This document shows, piece by piece, positions 29,851 through 40,369 of a stretch of 64,000 nt of DNA. A program made the position numbers and the translations under genes. Origin of the DNA: an uncultured virus (IMG/VR IMGVR_UViG_3300027782_000042) (taxonomy: Duplodnaviria > Heunggongvirae > Uroviricota > Caudoviricetes); IMG/VR virus record IMGVR_UViG_3300027782_000042. The stretch is one strand, 5' to 3'. Under the pieces are notes generated by a model. The model saw only the letters and a list, made by a program, of their open reading frames with translations. It was not told where the DNA came from and did not search any database. Position 1 is the stretch's first letter, and each line of letters begins with the position of its first letter.

Positions 29851-31323
29851 TTATTTTTTATTTACGATCTGAAATTTAATTTGTTTCTTATAAGTATTTA
29901 TCTCACCAGAAGAAATTACTTTTAAATCAATAAAATATTCATTTGGTATCTTATCTCTTGTGTCAAAAATAAAGTAGTATTCATTTGGGGTCTTATTTAT
30001 TTTTGTCCAATCTTGAACTTGTACCTCAGTTGTTCCTTCTTTTACATAAACTCTATAAAACACATCAACATTTGGTAATTGTTTATTAGTGGTATATGCT
30101 TGTTTAACAATAACACCAACTTTTCTAATGTCGGTATTTAAGATCATTTCATCTTGTTTGATTCCATAATAATCGAATCCATATAAAGAAGGATTGTTTG
30201 TTGACGTTCCTATCTGTATAGATTTTTGTAATGGATATATTGTAAAATCATTATATATGTCAGGTAAAGAAAAACCATTTAATTTTACATTTGACCATGT
30301 GTCGTTAAAGGTACAAGGGGTTTTATAACCAATTAAAGGTGGTATAATAACTTCATAAACGCCTTTTGTTTTTTGACAAGAACTAATATTGATTAACCCC
30401 GGAATTGGGGATCCACTTGAGTCGCTTATTGTAACTGACGGTGGTTGGTCTAAGTTTTGAAAATCCCCATCCTCAAACACGTAAAGATAAAGTTTATTTA
30501 TTTTACCAAGAGTAAAATTATTTCTATCATCATCTATAAGATCGTCATAGTTTGTTTCTAAAAACGGTTCGTAAAAAGTTTGAGTGTGTCTTGAAAAGAA
30601 TCCAACAGAATATGATCCTGTTGTCCCTGTTAAATTTTCAACCTGTGGTAAAAACGCAATACCCCAACCAACAGGATTTAACGTATCTCCTTTAAGAATA
30701 CCTTCAATTTCTTCTGTCATATCAAACTCAATATTCTCATCACCAAATTCAAAGTGTTGGATGTCAACAATTGTTATCGATGAATAGTTAACTCCTGTAC
30801 CTGTAGATGTATTTAAATTATTGTAAATTCCGGGATTTCCCCAAAAATCTATAGTTGTTGTTTGATACCAATTTGATGGTCTATCTGAAAAGTTTTTATC
30901 GTTAGGTACTGTAGATATAATATTAGCGTAGTCGTAACCAACCCCTTCGTCCCAAATTTGAGGTTTATCAGGATCCAAATCAAAATATGGTATCCTAAAA
31001 AGAATTAAATCGAATGATGTTGCTCTTAATCTACCTTCAGAATTCTTTTCATTTAAAAATTCTTTATTAAAGAATGATGTATTTGTCATTCTTAACGTAT
31101 GTTTAATGTTATTATTATCACACAAAGGATTTATAATCCCATCGTTATATTTTTCTTTAAGTAGAGTTAAATCCAAATCAAATATAAATCTACTAAACCC
31201 CCTTGGGTTTAAAAGATCATCATTCCCATAAAACAATTCGATTACAGGGTTTCTACCCGTATTTGTTAAACTGTTGGAAATTATGGTATTATTCCTACTG
31301 AAATATGAATTATTAATCGACAT
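29851..31323 (-). CDS. Hypothetical structural (baseplate/tail region) protein
   Basis: 490 aa beta-rich; follows gp5-like gene; late motif at 31337-31343. Confidence 0.5.
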   Translation of the reverse strand: MSINNSYFSRNNTIISNSLTNTGRNPVIELFYGNDDLLNPRGFSRFIFDLDLTLLKEKYNDGIINPLCDNNNIKHTLRMTNTSFFNKEFLNEKNSEGRLRATSFDLILFRIPYFDLDPDKPQIWDEGVGYDYANIISTVPNDKNFSDRPSNWYQTTTIDFWGNPGIYNNLNTSTGTGVNYSSITIVDIQHFEFGDENIEFDMTEEIEGILKGDTLNPVGWGIAFLPQVENLTGTTGSYSVGFFSRHTQTFYEPFLETNYDDLIDDDRNNFTLGKINKLYLYVFEDGDFQNLDQPPSVTISDSSGSPIPGLINISSCQKTKGVYEVIIPPLIGYKTPCTFNDTWSNVKLNGFSLPDIYNDFTIYPLQKSIQIGTSTNNPSLYGFDYYGIKQDEMILNTDIRKVGVIVKQAYTTNKQLPNVDVFYRVYVKEGTTEVQVQDWTKINKTPNEYYFIFDTRDKIPNEYFIDLKVISSGEINTYKKQIKFQIVNKK

Positions 31324-31343
31324 TTACTTTTTTATAATAAATA

Positions 31344-32873
31344 TCAATTAATTCTAATATTTTGATTTAATATTGTATTTGGTGCGTTTAATAGTTGTTC
31401 TAAAATTTCTGAAGTTCTAGTTCCGTCCCTTCCGACAGGTACCGGAGATAATCCATGGAATGGATGTACGTGTGAAATTAAAAATTTAACGATCAAATTA
31501 ATAAGTTTCATTAATTCATCTCCCCTAACCATAGGATCTGTTTTTGGAATTATTTCTTTGGTGTATTTATCTTCTTTTATTCCGTATAATGTTGAACTTA
31601 AATCTATTTTTCCTTTTGATGGTATCTCTGTTCCGTGAGACAAAATAAATACTTTTTCGGCACCCATTGTTGAATATGTTATTGGTGCGGTTGAATATAG
31701 TATTGGAATATATGTTGATTTATTAATTCTAATTGGTCTTGAGGTTTTATTATAGTCCCAAACTAAATTATAACCTGTTTTTGTGTCGTTTGAATTTAAT
31801 TTAACTTTGTTACTTATTTTACTAACATTGTCAATCTCTGTTGGTGTTGCTCCTGTAAGATTTATTAGTTTATCGTAAGTGTTTAGTGTAGGCCTAAAGT
31901 AAAATGGAAATTGATCATAAACGTTATGTATTGTATATCCGCTAATATTAATTGACCCCTCATTAACCCCTTTAATAAAATCATTAATTAATGTGTAAGT
32001 TTCTTTTAATGATTTACCAACAAATTGTATATAGTATTCAGGAGCCCCTACTATTTGAGACACGTTACTAACAACACTAAAATCTTTTGACTCTAATGAT
32101 ACGTTTAGGGTTCCTGTTAAGTTATACGGAACATTATATAAATAAATTGTACCTGTAAATGCATCCATTGTATTATCAGGATTTATGATGTCCCAATCAA
32201 CAACTTTTCTTATTGGTTTACTATCAACAAATATTGTTTGTTCTTCTCTTTCTTCCCCATTTTCAGATTTTGTACTATAATTACTTAAATGTAAAAATGC
32301 TCTTTTTTCATTTTCTATTGGGAATTTATTAACATCAAAAATACTATTTGTTTTACCGGCTCTTAATAGTAATTCATTTTTCTTAACAATAACATCCGCA
32401 GTTCCCCTACCTAATAAAGAAGTATCTCCAGGTTCAGGAAAGATCCCAAAACTTTGTATATTTCTATATTCACCTTTTTGGTTTTTAAGAGAAAGTGATT
32501 GTTTTATTTTAGAACCTGCGGCCGTAAATTTCTTTGCTGACTCAAAGAGTTCAAAATTTGTTGTTTGTGGTGATGAGAATGGACCTTGTATGTAATACTG
32601 ATTTAAATTATCAAAAGACTTGTCTTGATAAATTATGTTGACCAACTCGTCTTTTTCTGGTATTTGACTAATATAAAACGGTAACAAAGATATAAATAAA
32701 AACGGGTCTCTTTGAGTCCACGGATCTGTTTCATCACTCCAATTAGGAATAGAGTTAATTACCGCCTGATAATCTTTAACTTCAGGTCTAACTCTTAACC
32801 TACCCAATACCATAGGATCTTTATTGTCTAAAACAACCCCAGGAAATATTATTTGATTTTCATTACCCGCCAT
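31344..32873 (-). CDS. Baseplate hub/spike protein (T4 gp5/VgrG-like)
   Basis: N-terminal GVVLDNKDPMVLGRLRVR OB-fold signature; C-terminal SHVHPFHG His motif. Confidence 0.7.
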   Translation of the reverse strand: MAGNENQIIFPGVVLDNKDPMVLGRLRVRPEVKDYQAVINSIPNWSDETDPWTQRDPFLFISLLPFYISQIPEKDELVNIIYQDKSFDNLNQYYIQGPFSSPQTTNFELFESAKKFTAAGSKIKQSLSLKNQKGEYRNIQSFGIFPEPGDTSLLGRGTADVIVKKNELLLRAGKTNSIFDVNKFPIENEKRAFLHLSNYSTKSENGEEREEQTIFVDSKPIRKVVDWDIINPDNTMDAFTGTIYLYNVPYNLTGTLNVSLESKDFSVVSNVSQIVGAPEYYIQFVGKSLKETYTLINDFIKGVNEGSINISGYTIHNVYDQFPFYFRPTLNTYDKLINLTGATPTEIDNVSKISNKVKLNSNDTKTGYNLVWDYNKTSRPIRINKSTYIPILYSTAPITYSTMGAEKVFILSHGTEIPSKGKIDLSSTLYGIKEDKYTKEIIPKTDPMVRGDELMKLINLIVKFLISHVHPFHGLSPVPVGRDGTRTSEILEQLLNAPNTILNQNIRIN

Positions 32874-33090
32874 TTCTACTATTTTGTTCTTTTAAAATTG
32901 TGTTATATGTTGTTTCTATTTTGTCTAAATAATTAGACAACATTAATAATTTACTTTTAGTCTGATCAAATTCACCATTTAAAAATTCTAAAACTTTGGT
33001 TAAATCTTTATTAGATTTATTTTTATAATCTTTTACTATTTCCGCTATTTTTTCTGCGTCTTTAATATCCATGTTATATTTTTTTACCAC
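32863..33090 (-). CDS. Small coiled-coil hypothetical protein
   Basis: 75 aa ORF overlapping neighbours. Confidence 0.55.
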   Translation of the reverse strand: MVKKYNMDIKDAEKIAEIVKDYKNKSNKDLTKVLEFLNGEFDQTKSKLLMLSNYLDKIETTYNTILKEQNSRNGG

Positions 33091-34975
33091 TTAAATTCAT
33101 TGGCATTACGATCCCGCCAGGAACCCAAGTACCATATCCTGTTATACCTTCTACTTTACTGTTTTCATCTTCTTCTTTTTTATTCGCCTTTAACTGTGAG
33201 AAAAGAGACGCCAATCCTAAATTGGGACTTCCGTCTGGCATAGGACCTGTTGGCAAACCTACTTTTTGATATTCCTCAATAGAATTTACAAAGGCTCTTG
33301 ATGCCGAATATCCACTTAATAGTTTTGTTGCGACTAACAAAGGTTTTGGTACTGTATCACCAAATCCACTTATTGCGATTTTTAATAACTGTAAGATTTC
33401 ATCAACCACCCCCTTACACTCCCTCCAATCCTTTATTAATCTCGCGACGGTTAAGATTATTTCAATTAGTCTTAATATAATTCTTAGTCTTGTTTGAGAG
33501 GTCTCTTTTGTTACATCTAAAATTATTGCTTGTAATAAGTTTTGAATATCTTTTTTAATAATGTTAAAAAGTTCCTGTATGAAAATTGCACCTATTTGAG
33601 ACATTATTTGACTTACCATCCTAAAAAATTTCTTAACAAAATCCATTAAAGATTTTACCAAGTCCCCAATTGTGGACCCAAGAGATTTTAACATTACCAT
33701 TATCGGTAATAAAACTTTAGGAGATAGTAATGCAAATAAAATTGATTTAGGTAAATTTTTTAATAGACTTAGATCAAAATTTATTTTAATTCCAAAACCA
33801 CTATCATTAGATGCGTTTACAACCGCAGAACTTGCGTTGTCAACCGTAGCATCAACAGTTTGTCCCGATATAAAAATTAAATCACTAATTGCATCATTTA
33901 TTAAAACAGGGTCTATAGGGACGTTTACATTATCACAATCCTCAAAAACAATAACCCCTTGATAGATATTATTTATTCTTTCCTCTATTTCAAATAGATC
34001 AACACTTGTAAATTCAAAAAATGATTCGTCAACCTCATCTAATTCTGAAGTTTTTGATGTTCCAGCAACATCTATCTCTTTGTTTGAATCAAAACATAAA
34101 CCTAAAATTCTTTGTAAGATTATTTGGAACTTTGAGAAGTCTCCGATTTTTAAATTACCTGAACCAGACTGTATTGATAAAAATCCTGTTAACATCTCAA
34201 ACAACATAGCAATTACATTGTTAAAATCTAAAATATCTAAAGACGCATAATAATCCTTTAATGTTTCTGAAATTTTATTTATACCTGAAGATCTTGACTG
34301 TAATGTTACTTTATAAAATTGACCTGGGTTACCGATACCGTCCTGTAAAACAAACTCAATATCAAAAAGATTTTGACCCGAAGCCCCTCTATAGTATTGA
34401 CCATATTGATTAAAAAATGAGGTACCCAATGATTGTATTCTATTATACAACTCTTTGTTCATTGCGAAAGGAATAGACCCAACGTTTATAGATTGTTTTT
34501 CGTATAAAATTTTATTCTTGTCATCTGATGGATCTTTTTTTAGTAATGATAATAAATCAATTGACCTAACAGGAATATATAATGGTTGGTTTGGATTAAA
34601 CTCCTGATCTTGACTACAACCAATTGTATTAATTGATTCTTTTAAAAGGATCTCAACTAACTTTGGTTTACAATTTGCTAAGGCTCTTACAAATGTTTTT
34701 TTTAAATATTCTATAGTATTAGCCCCTTTTCTATTTGTTAAACTTGCAATATCAACTAATTCGTCTAATTGTGTTTTTTGTTTTTTTTGAGATCTTTTTT
34801 TTTCTTTCTCCGCCTCTGATTTAGACCTTCTATTTTTTTTAGAATTAACTTCTTCGTTATCTCCTTTTTTCTTAGATAATTGGGCAATATCTTGTCTTAC
34901 CTGATTATAGGTTTTCGCGGCGTTTATTTTACTTTTAACATCACCATAACTAAAGTTTAAATCTTGTGATGGCAT
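33074..34975 (-). CDS. Large helical hypothetical protein (baseplate operon)
   Basis: 633 aa; translationally coupled to neighbours. Confidence 0.55.
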   Translation of the reverse strand: MPSQDLNFSYGDVKSKINAAKTYNQVRQDIAQLSKKKGDNEEVNSKKNRRSKSEAEKEKKRSQKKQKTQLDELVDIASLTNRKGANTIEYLKKTFVRALANCKPKLVEILLKESINTIGCSQDQEFNPNQPLYIPVRSIDLLSLLKKDPSDDKNKILYEKQSINVGSIPFAMNKELYNRIQSLGTSFFNQYGQYYRGASGQNLFDIEFVLQDGIGNPGQFYKVTLQSRSSGINKISETLKDYYASLDILDFNNVIAMLFEMLTGFLSIQSGSGNLKIGDFSKFQIILQRILGLCFDSNKEIDVAGTSKTSELDEVDESFFEFTSVDLFEIEERINNIYQGVIVFEDCDNVNVPIDPVLINDAISDLIFISGQTVDATVDNASSAVVNASNDSGFGIKINFDLSLLKNLPKSILFALLSPKVLLPIMVMLKSLGSTIGDLVKSLMDFVKKFFRMVSQIMSQIGAIFIQELFNIIKKDIQNLLQAIILDVTKETSQTRLRIILRLIEIILTVARLIKDWRECKGVVDEILQLLKIAISGFGDTVPKPLLVATKLLSGYSASRAFVNSIEEYQKVGLPTGPMPDGSPNLGLASLFSQLKANKKEEDENSKVEGITGYGTWVPGGIVMPMNLSGKKI

Positions 34976-35343
34976 TACTTATTAAGTTTGTAGTTTTTAT
35001 CGTCAGTGTCTTTATTAATTAAAGATTTTAAAATATCGTCGTCCATTTCTAAATCAGATAAAGTAAAGTTATCTTGTTTTTCTTGAGACTTTTGCCAAAT
35101 TTGTGCTTGGAGTTTTGATAGAGAAAGTTTTTTCTCAACACAGTCATTTATAATTTTTTGTTGTTTTTCAATCACAGGACCTATAAGAGTCATATCTTCA
35201 GGTTCTTTCATCATTGTTAACATTTTATTTTGAATCCTAATTGCGGTATTTCTTTGCTCAACAATTTCATTGTAGATTTCTTGCATTAAAGATAACAATG
35301 AGTCTTTAGTTAAATTAATTTCTTTTTTTGGAGGTCTTGGCAT
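34975..35343 (-). CDS. Hypothetical coiled-coil protein
   Basis: 122 aa; late motif at 35348-35354. Confidence 0.55.
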   Translation of the reverse strand: MPRPPKKEINLTKDSLLSLMQEIYNEIVEQRNTAIRIQNKMLTMMKEPEDMTLIGPVIEKQQKIINDCVEKKLSLSKLQAQIWQKSQEKQDNFTLSDLEMDDDILKSLINKDTDDKNYKLNK

Positions 35344-35363
35344 ATCAATAAATATTTTTGTTT

Positions 35364-36116
35364 TTATTTTAGGATTTCATTAATTATTTCTTGATATATT
35401 TTTTTATATCTCTTTAAAGAATTCCTTATTTCTTTTGTGGATAAATTTGTCATTTCTCGTATTTCAAATAAAACAACATTTTTATTGAACTTATTATTAT
35501 TTGTATTTTCAACAAAAATATTATTATAGTTTTTAAAGATTTCCATTAAAGCCTCACCTAACTTAATTTCTTGATCGCTAATGTTTTTTTCGTTCATAGA
35601 GTCAGATAATTTAATAATAAATTTATTTATTATTTCCTCAGTTGATACATCATCATTATCTATGTGGTAAATCATATCAGGGGCATTATGTAGGTCCGCA
35701 GAGATATCTTCATAAGATACTTTACGATTCATTTCTTTTTGGTCTTTGAGTATTTGACCCATAAGGTAGTTTTTACATATTGTACCAAAATACGAGTAAG
35801 CCTTTTTTTCTTTTGATGGTTTAAATTTATCTACTTTAGTCATCAAAAATGAATGAGTGTCTGTATGGATCTCATTAAAATCCATATCTTTTCTGTATAA
35901 TTTATATCGTCTTATAATTGACGATATCATTTTATCTAAGGGAAATTTTAAATAATCATTATATATTTTGTTCTTTTCGTCCATTGTAGTTGCGGTTAGA
36001 TACATTCTAACCGCAGTCTCTTGTGGTTCATCAAAATAATTATTTAACTTAGGTTTTCTTCCCTTCTTTTTCTTTTCATCCGTGTCTTCATTTAATTCAA
36101 CATTTAATTCCATCAA
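35364..36116 (-). CDS. Phage sigma factor, T4 gp55-like late sigma candidate
   Basis: KVDKFKPSKEKKAYSYFGTICKNYL resembles the sigma region 2 / gp55 FDPEK..NPFAYFTQI motif. Confidence 0.65.
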   Translation of the reverse strand: MMELNVELNEDTDEKKKKGRKPKLNNYFDEPQETAVRMYLTATTMDEKNKIYNDYLKFPLDKMISSIIRRYKLYRKDMDFNEIHTDTHSFLMTKVDKFKPSKEKKAYSYFGTICKNYLMGQILKDQKEMNRKVSYEDISADLHNAPDMIYHIDNDDVSTEEIINKFIIKLSDSMNEKNISDQEIKLGEALMEIFKNYNNIFVENTNNNKFNKNVVLFEIREMTNLSTKEIRNSLKRYKKIYQEIINEILK

Positions 36117-36919
36117 ACCTCTTGTGGTTCATACTTTATCTCTCTTTGTTTGATATAGAAATATTCTTTTTTTGCTGAGTCAATCCAAAATTTGGCTTCA
36201 TCTTCACTTATTCTGTTATCACCATTTTTGTAATTCCAAAAAATAGACCCTTCTCTTAAATTCATATGTTTGTAACCAATTTTAGGTATTGACATGACCT
36301 TAACGGAATTTTGTGTCAACCTTAAAAAGAATTCATAACCAAAAGTTAATTTAATATTATTTTTTAACCCTCCATTATTAATAAATTCTTCTTTTTTAAT
36401 AACCAATCCCGAAATTTGAAAATTTTGATAGTTGAGTAGTGTTTCATTAGTTAGAATCCCCATGTCTTGTGATATGTTTGCGGCAAAAGTGGCCTCATTA
36501 GTAAACCCAACAAAAACTCCTTGATCGTTAACGTCAACAACAATAGGTAAAAATAACCCAACATTTTTATAAATGTCCATATATTTTGATGCGTTTTTAA
36601 ACCAAATGTTAGAGTACTCATCATCAAACTCTAATAGAGATACCCAAGTTGAGTTTGCTGAAGACACACCATAGTTAACTTGGTCTGCAAAATTAGGTTC
36701 CTTTTCCCAAACTAATTTTACAACATTAAGACCTTCAAAATCATATGAGTTAATGTGATCAGTTAAATCTGTTTCATCACAATAAACAATTACTAATTCA
36801 TTCACAAAATCTTTTTGATTTTTAACTGAAGTGATACATTTATTAAAATAATCCTCGAAGTTTCTGGCTTTACCTGATTTAATAGGTAGTACTACCGATA
36901 TTGTATTTTTATTTTCCAT
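36113..36919 (-). CDS. Glycosyltransferase family 2-like
   Basis: ISVVLPI, SLLEFDDEY, GT-A layout. Confidence 0.75.
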   Translation of the reverse strand: MENKNTISVVLPIKSGKARNFEDYFNKCITSVKNQKDFVNELVIVYCDETDLTDHINSYDFEGLNVVKLVWEKEPNFADQVNYGVSSANSTWVSLLEFDDEYSNIWFKNASKYMDIYKNVGLFLPIVVDVNDQGVFVGFTNEATFAANISQDMGILTNETLLNYQNFQISGLVIKKEEFINNGGLKNNIKLTFGYEFFLRLTQNSVKVMSIPKIGYKHMNLREGSIFWNYKNGDNRISEDEAKFWIDSAKKEYFYIKQREIKYEPQEV

Positions 36920-36921
36920 AT

Positions 36922-37980
36922 TTATATTGTTTCTAATTTATTTAATTGGGATTCAAAACTTTCCAATCTTGTGTTTATTGCTCCATTAAAGAATTCAAGA
37001 ACATCTGATTTAAATTTTTCTTCATTGGATAAATTTTCTGATGTTTTTTCCATGTTTAAATAAAGTTCAGGGTTAATATTGTCTTCTAACCAATTTTGGA
37101 TAAAGTCGGCAATTACGTCAGGTAACATATTTTTATTGTTAATCCAAACACCATTATCTTCTCCCATCCAATTTGGAACTAAGTTAGGTACTAAACCAAT
37201 AACAGGGATCCCCATTTTAATTGATTCCAATGGGAAAGTTCCCCAACCACTAACTTCGTCAATCCAGACAGAAACAAAACTATCTTTCATTGCTTCGGCA
37301 AATTCTACTTCAGATAGACCTCTTAAATCTCTAAATGTTAACCATCTATATTGTGGGAATTTGACGTAAAAAGTTTTAATTAAATTTGTTGTGTCTCTAT
37401 GGTCTCTTGTGTGAATTGAGATAATTGTCTTAGGTGGAAGTTCCTGTTTTTTAAATGTCTCAGAAATTTTAGGCTCAATTACATCCACAGAAACATTTCT
37501 AACAACATTCTTAATATATTCTTTTTGATTTTCAGATGTTGTTAAACATTTTAAAAACCCTAAAAGAGGCCATGTTTGTCCAGGTTGTAAAGTTTCAAAA
37601 ATATAGTCATAAGATTGACAAAGAACAATTTTACCACAAGGTAAGTTTGTAATTTGATCCATAACGAAACCATAAATTTCAGGAATTACAATAAGATCTT
37701 CAGGAGAGACATCTAAGTTAGTACCTTCAATTGCCTTATGAGGTAACTCAGTCATATACTCTTCACTAAGCCAACTTGATACTCCGAAGTAATCTGGTTT
37801 TTCGTGAAGGATAATAGGGTTAAATCCTTCTTTTTTTAATTCCATCGCAATTTCGTAGATATATCTAACCGATGCCTTGGCATTTCCTTTAGTGTCTTGT
37901 ACTAGAAAATAAATTCTAGATTTTTTGTCTTTCATGTTTTGAATAGACCTTTCTAACTTTGTTATTTGTTCAGCATTCAT
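36922..37980 (-). CDS. Glycosyltransferase, GT-B fold-like
   Basis: VIPEI...; SGWGTFPLESIKMGIPVIG resembles the GT4 EgFGlppLEAma.G.PVI motif. Confidence 0.7.
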   Translation of the reverse strand: MNAEQITKLERSIQNMKDKKSRIYFLVQDTKGNAKASVRYIYEIAMELKKEGFNPIILHEKPDYFGVSSWLSEEYMTELPHKAIEGTNLDVSPEDLIVIPEIYGFVMDQITNLPCGKIVLCQSYDYIFETLQPGQTWPLLGFLKCLTTSENQKEYIKNVVRNVSVDVIEPKISETFKKQELPPKTIISIHTRDHRDTTNLIKTFYVKFPQYRWLTFRDLRGLSEVEFAEAMKDSFVSVWIDEVSGWGTFPLESIKMGIPVIGLVPNLVPNWMGEDNGVWINNKNMLPDVIADFIQNWLEDNINPELYLNMEKTSENLSNEEKFKSDVLEFFNGAINTRLESFESQLNKLETI

Positions 37981-37983
37981 ATT

Positions 37984-38238
37984 TTATAATTTAGTTATTA
38001 TTTTTTTCATTAATAGGGTGTTAAACGCGATTTTAAAAGGTATTGATACTTCATTACTTTTTAATCCTAAATCTTCGTCAACTTCGTTACTTTCCGTGAG
38101 AACAGTTTCTAGCATCGATTTAATAACCTCATATTTTACTAAATGTATTTGAGGTTCTCCGCTAACAATCGCCAAATTGACATAGTTCTCCATTACGTCA
38201 AGATCAACATAATAGTTTTCATTCAATATTTTAAACAT
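37984..38238 (-). CDS. Hypothetical protein
   Basis: 84 aa ORF in operon. Confidence 0.55.
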   Translation of the reverse strand: MFKILNENYYVDLDVMENYVNLAIVSGEPQIHLVKYEVIKSMLETVLTESNEVDEDLGLKSNEVSIPFKIAFNTLLMKKIITKL

Positions 38239-38890
38239 TGTAATTTATTTTTTTTAATTCCTCCTCAAATTCAGATAATGATTTAATCGTAAATTCTGAA
38301 GGTATGTGTTTATTGTATTGGGTTTCATATTTTATTAAAATTTTATCCTCATACTTATTCAATAATAAGTCAGGGTTTGATGTAAGTAAAATATCAATTT
38401 CATTAAACATTTTATTTTTTGTTATTTCACTATAAAATAATACTTTTTCTATTAAACAACCAAACTTGGACAAAAAGAACAAAGATGATGGTTTTGACCT
38501 ACCGATTTCATCTGAAACAATCATTAAGTCGTAAGTATCTCTTAAGTTATAGTAAATATCATTTAATATATTAAATGATAACATTTCACTAGATGGGGCA
38601 TGACCAAACAATTCCATTGTATACTCCTCATACATAAAAGAATATAAATCATCTTTTGATGGAAATGAAAAATGAGAACTTAAATCTAAAGATGTGACAT
38701 CATTTAATATTTCATATTTAAATTGACTTTCCGCTAATTCTAATTCAGTGTTGCCGGAAAGATCCATCAAATACGTCTGATTAGTTTGGTCAACCTCACT
38801 TTTATCAATCATATGTTTTTCATAAAGTTGTGTAAATTTACCGATGGTGTCTCTAAGAACACCATTAATTTCAATCCCTATTCTCTTCAT
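38231..38890 (-). CDS. HAD-fold 5'(3')-deoxyribonucleotidase-like protein with degenerate catalytic motif
   Basis: RIGIEINGVLRD versus canonical xIGIDIDGVLxD; C-terminal YNKHI. Confidence 0.55.
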   Translation of the reverse strand: MKRIGIEINGVLRDTIGKFTQLYEKHMIDKSEVDQTNQTYLMDLSGNTELELAESQFKYEILNDVTSLDLSSHFSFPSKDDLYSFMYEEYTMELFGHAPSSEMLSFNILNDIYYNLRDTYDLMIVSDEIGRSKPSSLFFLSKFGCLIEKVLFYSEITKNKMFNEIDILLTSNPDLLLNKYEDKILIKYETQYNKHIPSEFTIKSLSEFEEELKKINYNV

Positions 38891-39608
38891 ACTTATCTAA
38901 AATTTGAGTAATTAATGGGTTTCTAACATTTTTGGCGTCTTTAAAATCATAAAGACCAATTTTATTAACATTTTTAAATCTTTTCAATGCGTCATATAAT
39001 CCTGATTGAGTCTTGTCTTTATATCGGTCAGTTTGTTCAAGATCCCCTGATATGAAGAATTTACTATTATAACCAATTCTTGTTACCAATAGTTTCATCT
39101 GATTAGGGGTTGAGTTCTGAGCTTCTTCAAAAATAAGAATTGAGTTATCGATATTCATACCTCTCATATATGCCAAAGCAAATACCTCAATGATATCGGC
39201 TTTTTTTAATTCTTCCCTTGCCTCTTTACCAATGATTTTATTTAAAAGGTAATACGAGGGAAAAATGTAAGGGTCTAATTTTTCTTCTAAGTTTCCAGGT
39301 AAAGATCCTAATTTTTCTTCGGCTTCAACCGCAGGTCTAACAATAATTATTTTCTCGTAAGAGTTGTTCGGATCAATTAACAAATCAACCGCCGCCTTCA
39401 TTGAAATGAAACTTTTACCGACTCCTGCAGGTCCTGAACAAATTGTGATTTCTTTTTCTTTCAGAAGGTTATAATATTCTTCTTGATGGTCAGATAAAAA
39501 TTTATTTTTTTGTTTCTTTTTTATTATTGTATTAATAAAATCTTTTTTGGAAATTGGTTGTGATGTTGGGGTTTCTTCTTTTTGTGGTACTATTTTTTTT
39601 CTTGTCAT
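38871..39608 (-). CDS. phoH: PhoH-like ATPase
   Basis: GPAGVGKS, RPAVEAEEKLGSLPG, AYMRG, EEAQN, GDLEQTD. Confidence 0.92.
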   Translation of the reverse strand: MTRKKIVPQKEETPTSQPISKKDFINTIIKKKQKNKFLSDHQEEYYNLLKEKEITICSGPAGVGKSFISMKAAVDLLIDPNNSYEKIIIVRPAVEAEEKLGSLPGNLEEKLDPYIFPSYYLLNKIIGKEAREELKKADIIEVFALAYMRGMNIDNSILIFEEAQNSTPNQMKLLVTRIGYNSKFFISGDLEQTDRYKDKTQSGLYDALKRFKNVNKIGLYDFKDAKNVRNPLITQILDKYEENRD

Positions 39609-39658
39609 TTTAAATTATTATTTGTTTATTATGTTAACTGATTATTCTACATAGAGTT

Positions 39659-40369
39659 TTATTTACCTCTCAGTTCATAACCTTCTTCATCGTGTCGACA
39701 AGTTAAGTCATTAATATATTTACTTTTTAATTTATTATTAACAATAAATTTAGAGACCCTACTCCAGTATTCCGCATCTCCAGGAGACCCAACTGTACCT
39801 GTTTCTTTAAACAAATCAATATATCTTAATGGAATAGTTTTAATATTCATACAAACTGAAGAATGTATTACCCCGCAAGGAACGGGTAAAAAATCAATAT
39901 ACTTATCGTTAGATGTTATTCTTGGTAAATATCCATTCTTATAGGTTGATTTGGTGATAATAAAATCTGTTTTATCATTATTAACTAATTTGGCTATCTC
40001 TTCTAAGTGGTTTGGATACCAAAAATCGTCGTGATTTAAAAAACAAACGTAATCTATATTTTCTTTTACACAAAGATCCATAGCGTAATTTGTGGCAAAA
40101 GTTCCGGCATATGACCATAAAGCTTGTTTGTTATCACCATATACATCCCTTTCGTGCGCGAATTCTAAATTCTCACAATAATTGTCGGTTAAACTTATTA
40201 ATTTTTTATATTGGTTAAACTCAATTTCGTCTTCATACCTATCCCCTATTAAAAATATTTTATAATTTTTATATGTTTGGTTTAATACGGAATTTAGAGT
40301 ATTTGTTAAATACTCAATAGTCTTACCGTCTTTTCTTTTATATGTACAAATTATTACCCCTATTTTCAT
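39659..40369 (-). CDS. Glycosyltransferase family 2
   Basis: GVIICTYKR, FLNHDDFWYPNHL. Confidence 0.8.
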   Translation of the reverse strand: MKIGVIICTYKRKDGKTIEYLTNTLNSVLNQTYKNYKIFLIGDRYEDEIEFNQYKKLISLTDNYCENLEFAHERDVYGDNKQALWSYAGTFATNYAMDLCVKENIDYVCFLNHDDFWYPNHLEEIAKLVNNDKTDFIITKSTYKNGYLPRITSNDKYIDFLPVPCGVIHSSVCMNIKTIPLRYIDLFKETGTVGSPGDAEYWSRVSKFIVNNKLKSKYINDLTCRHDEEGYELRGK

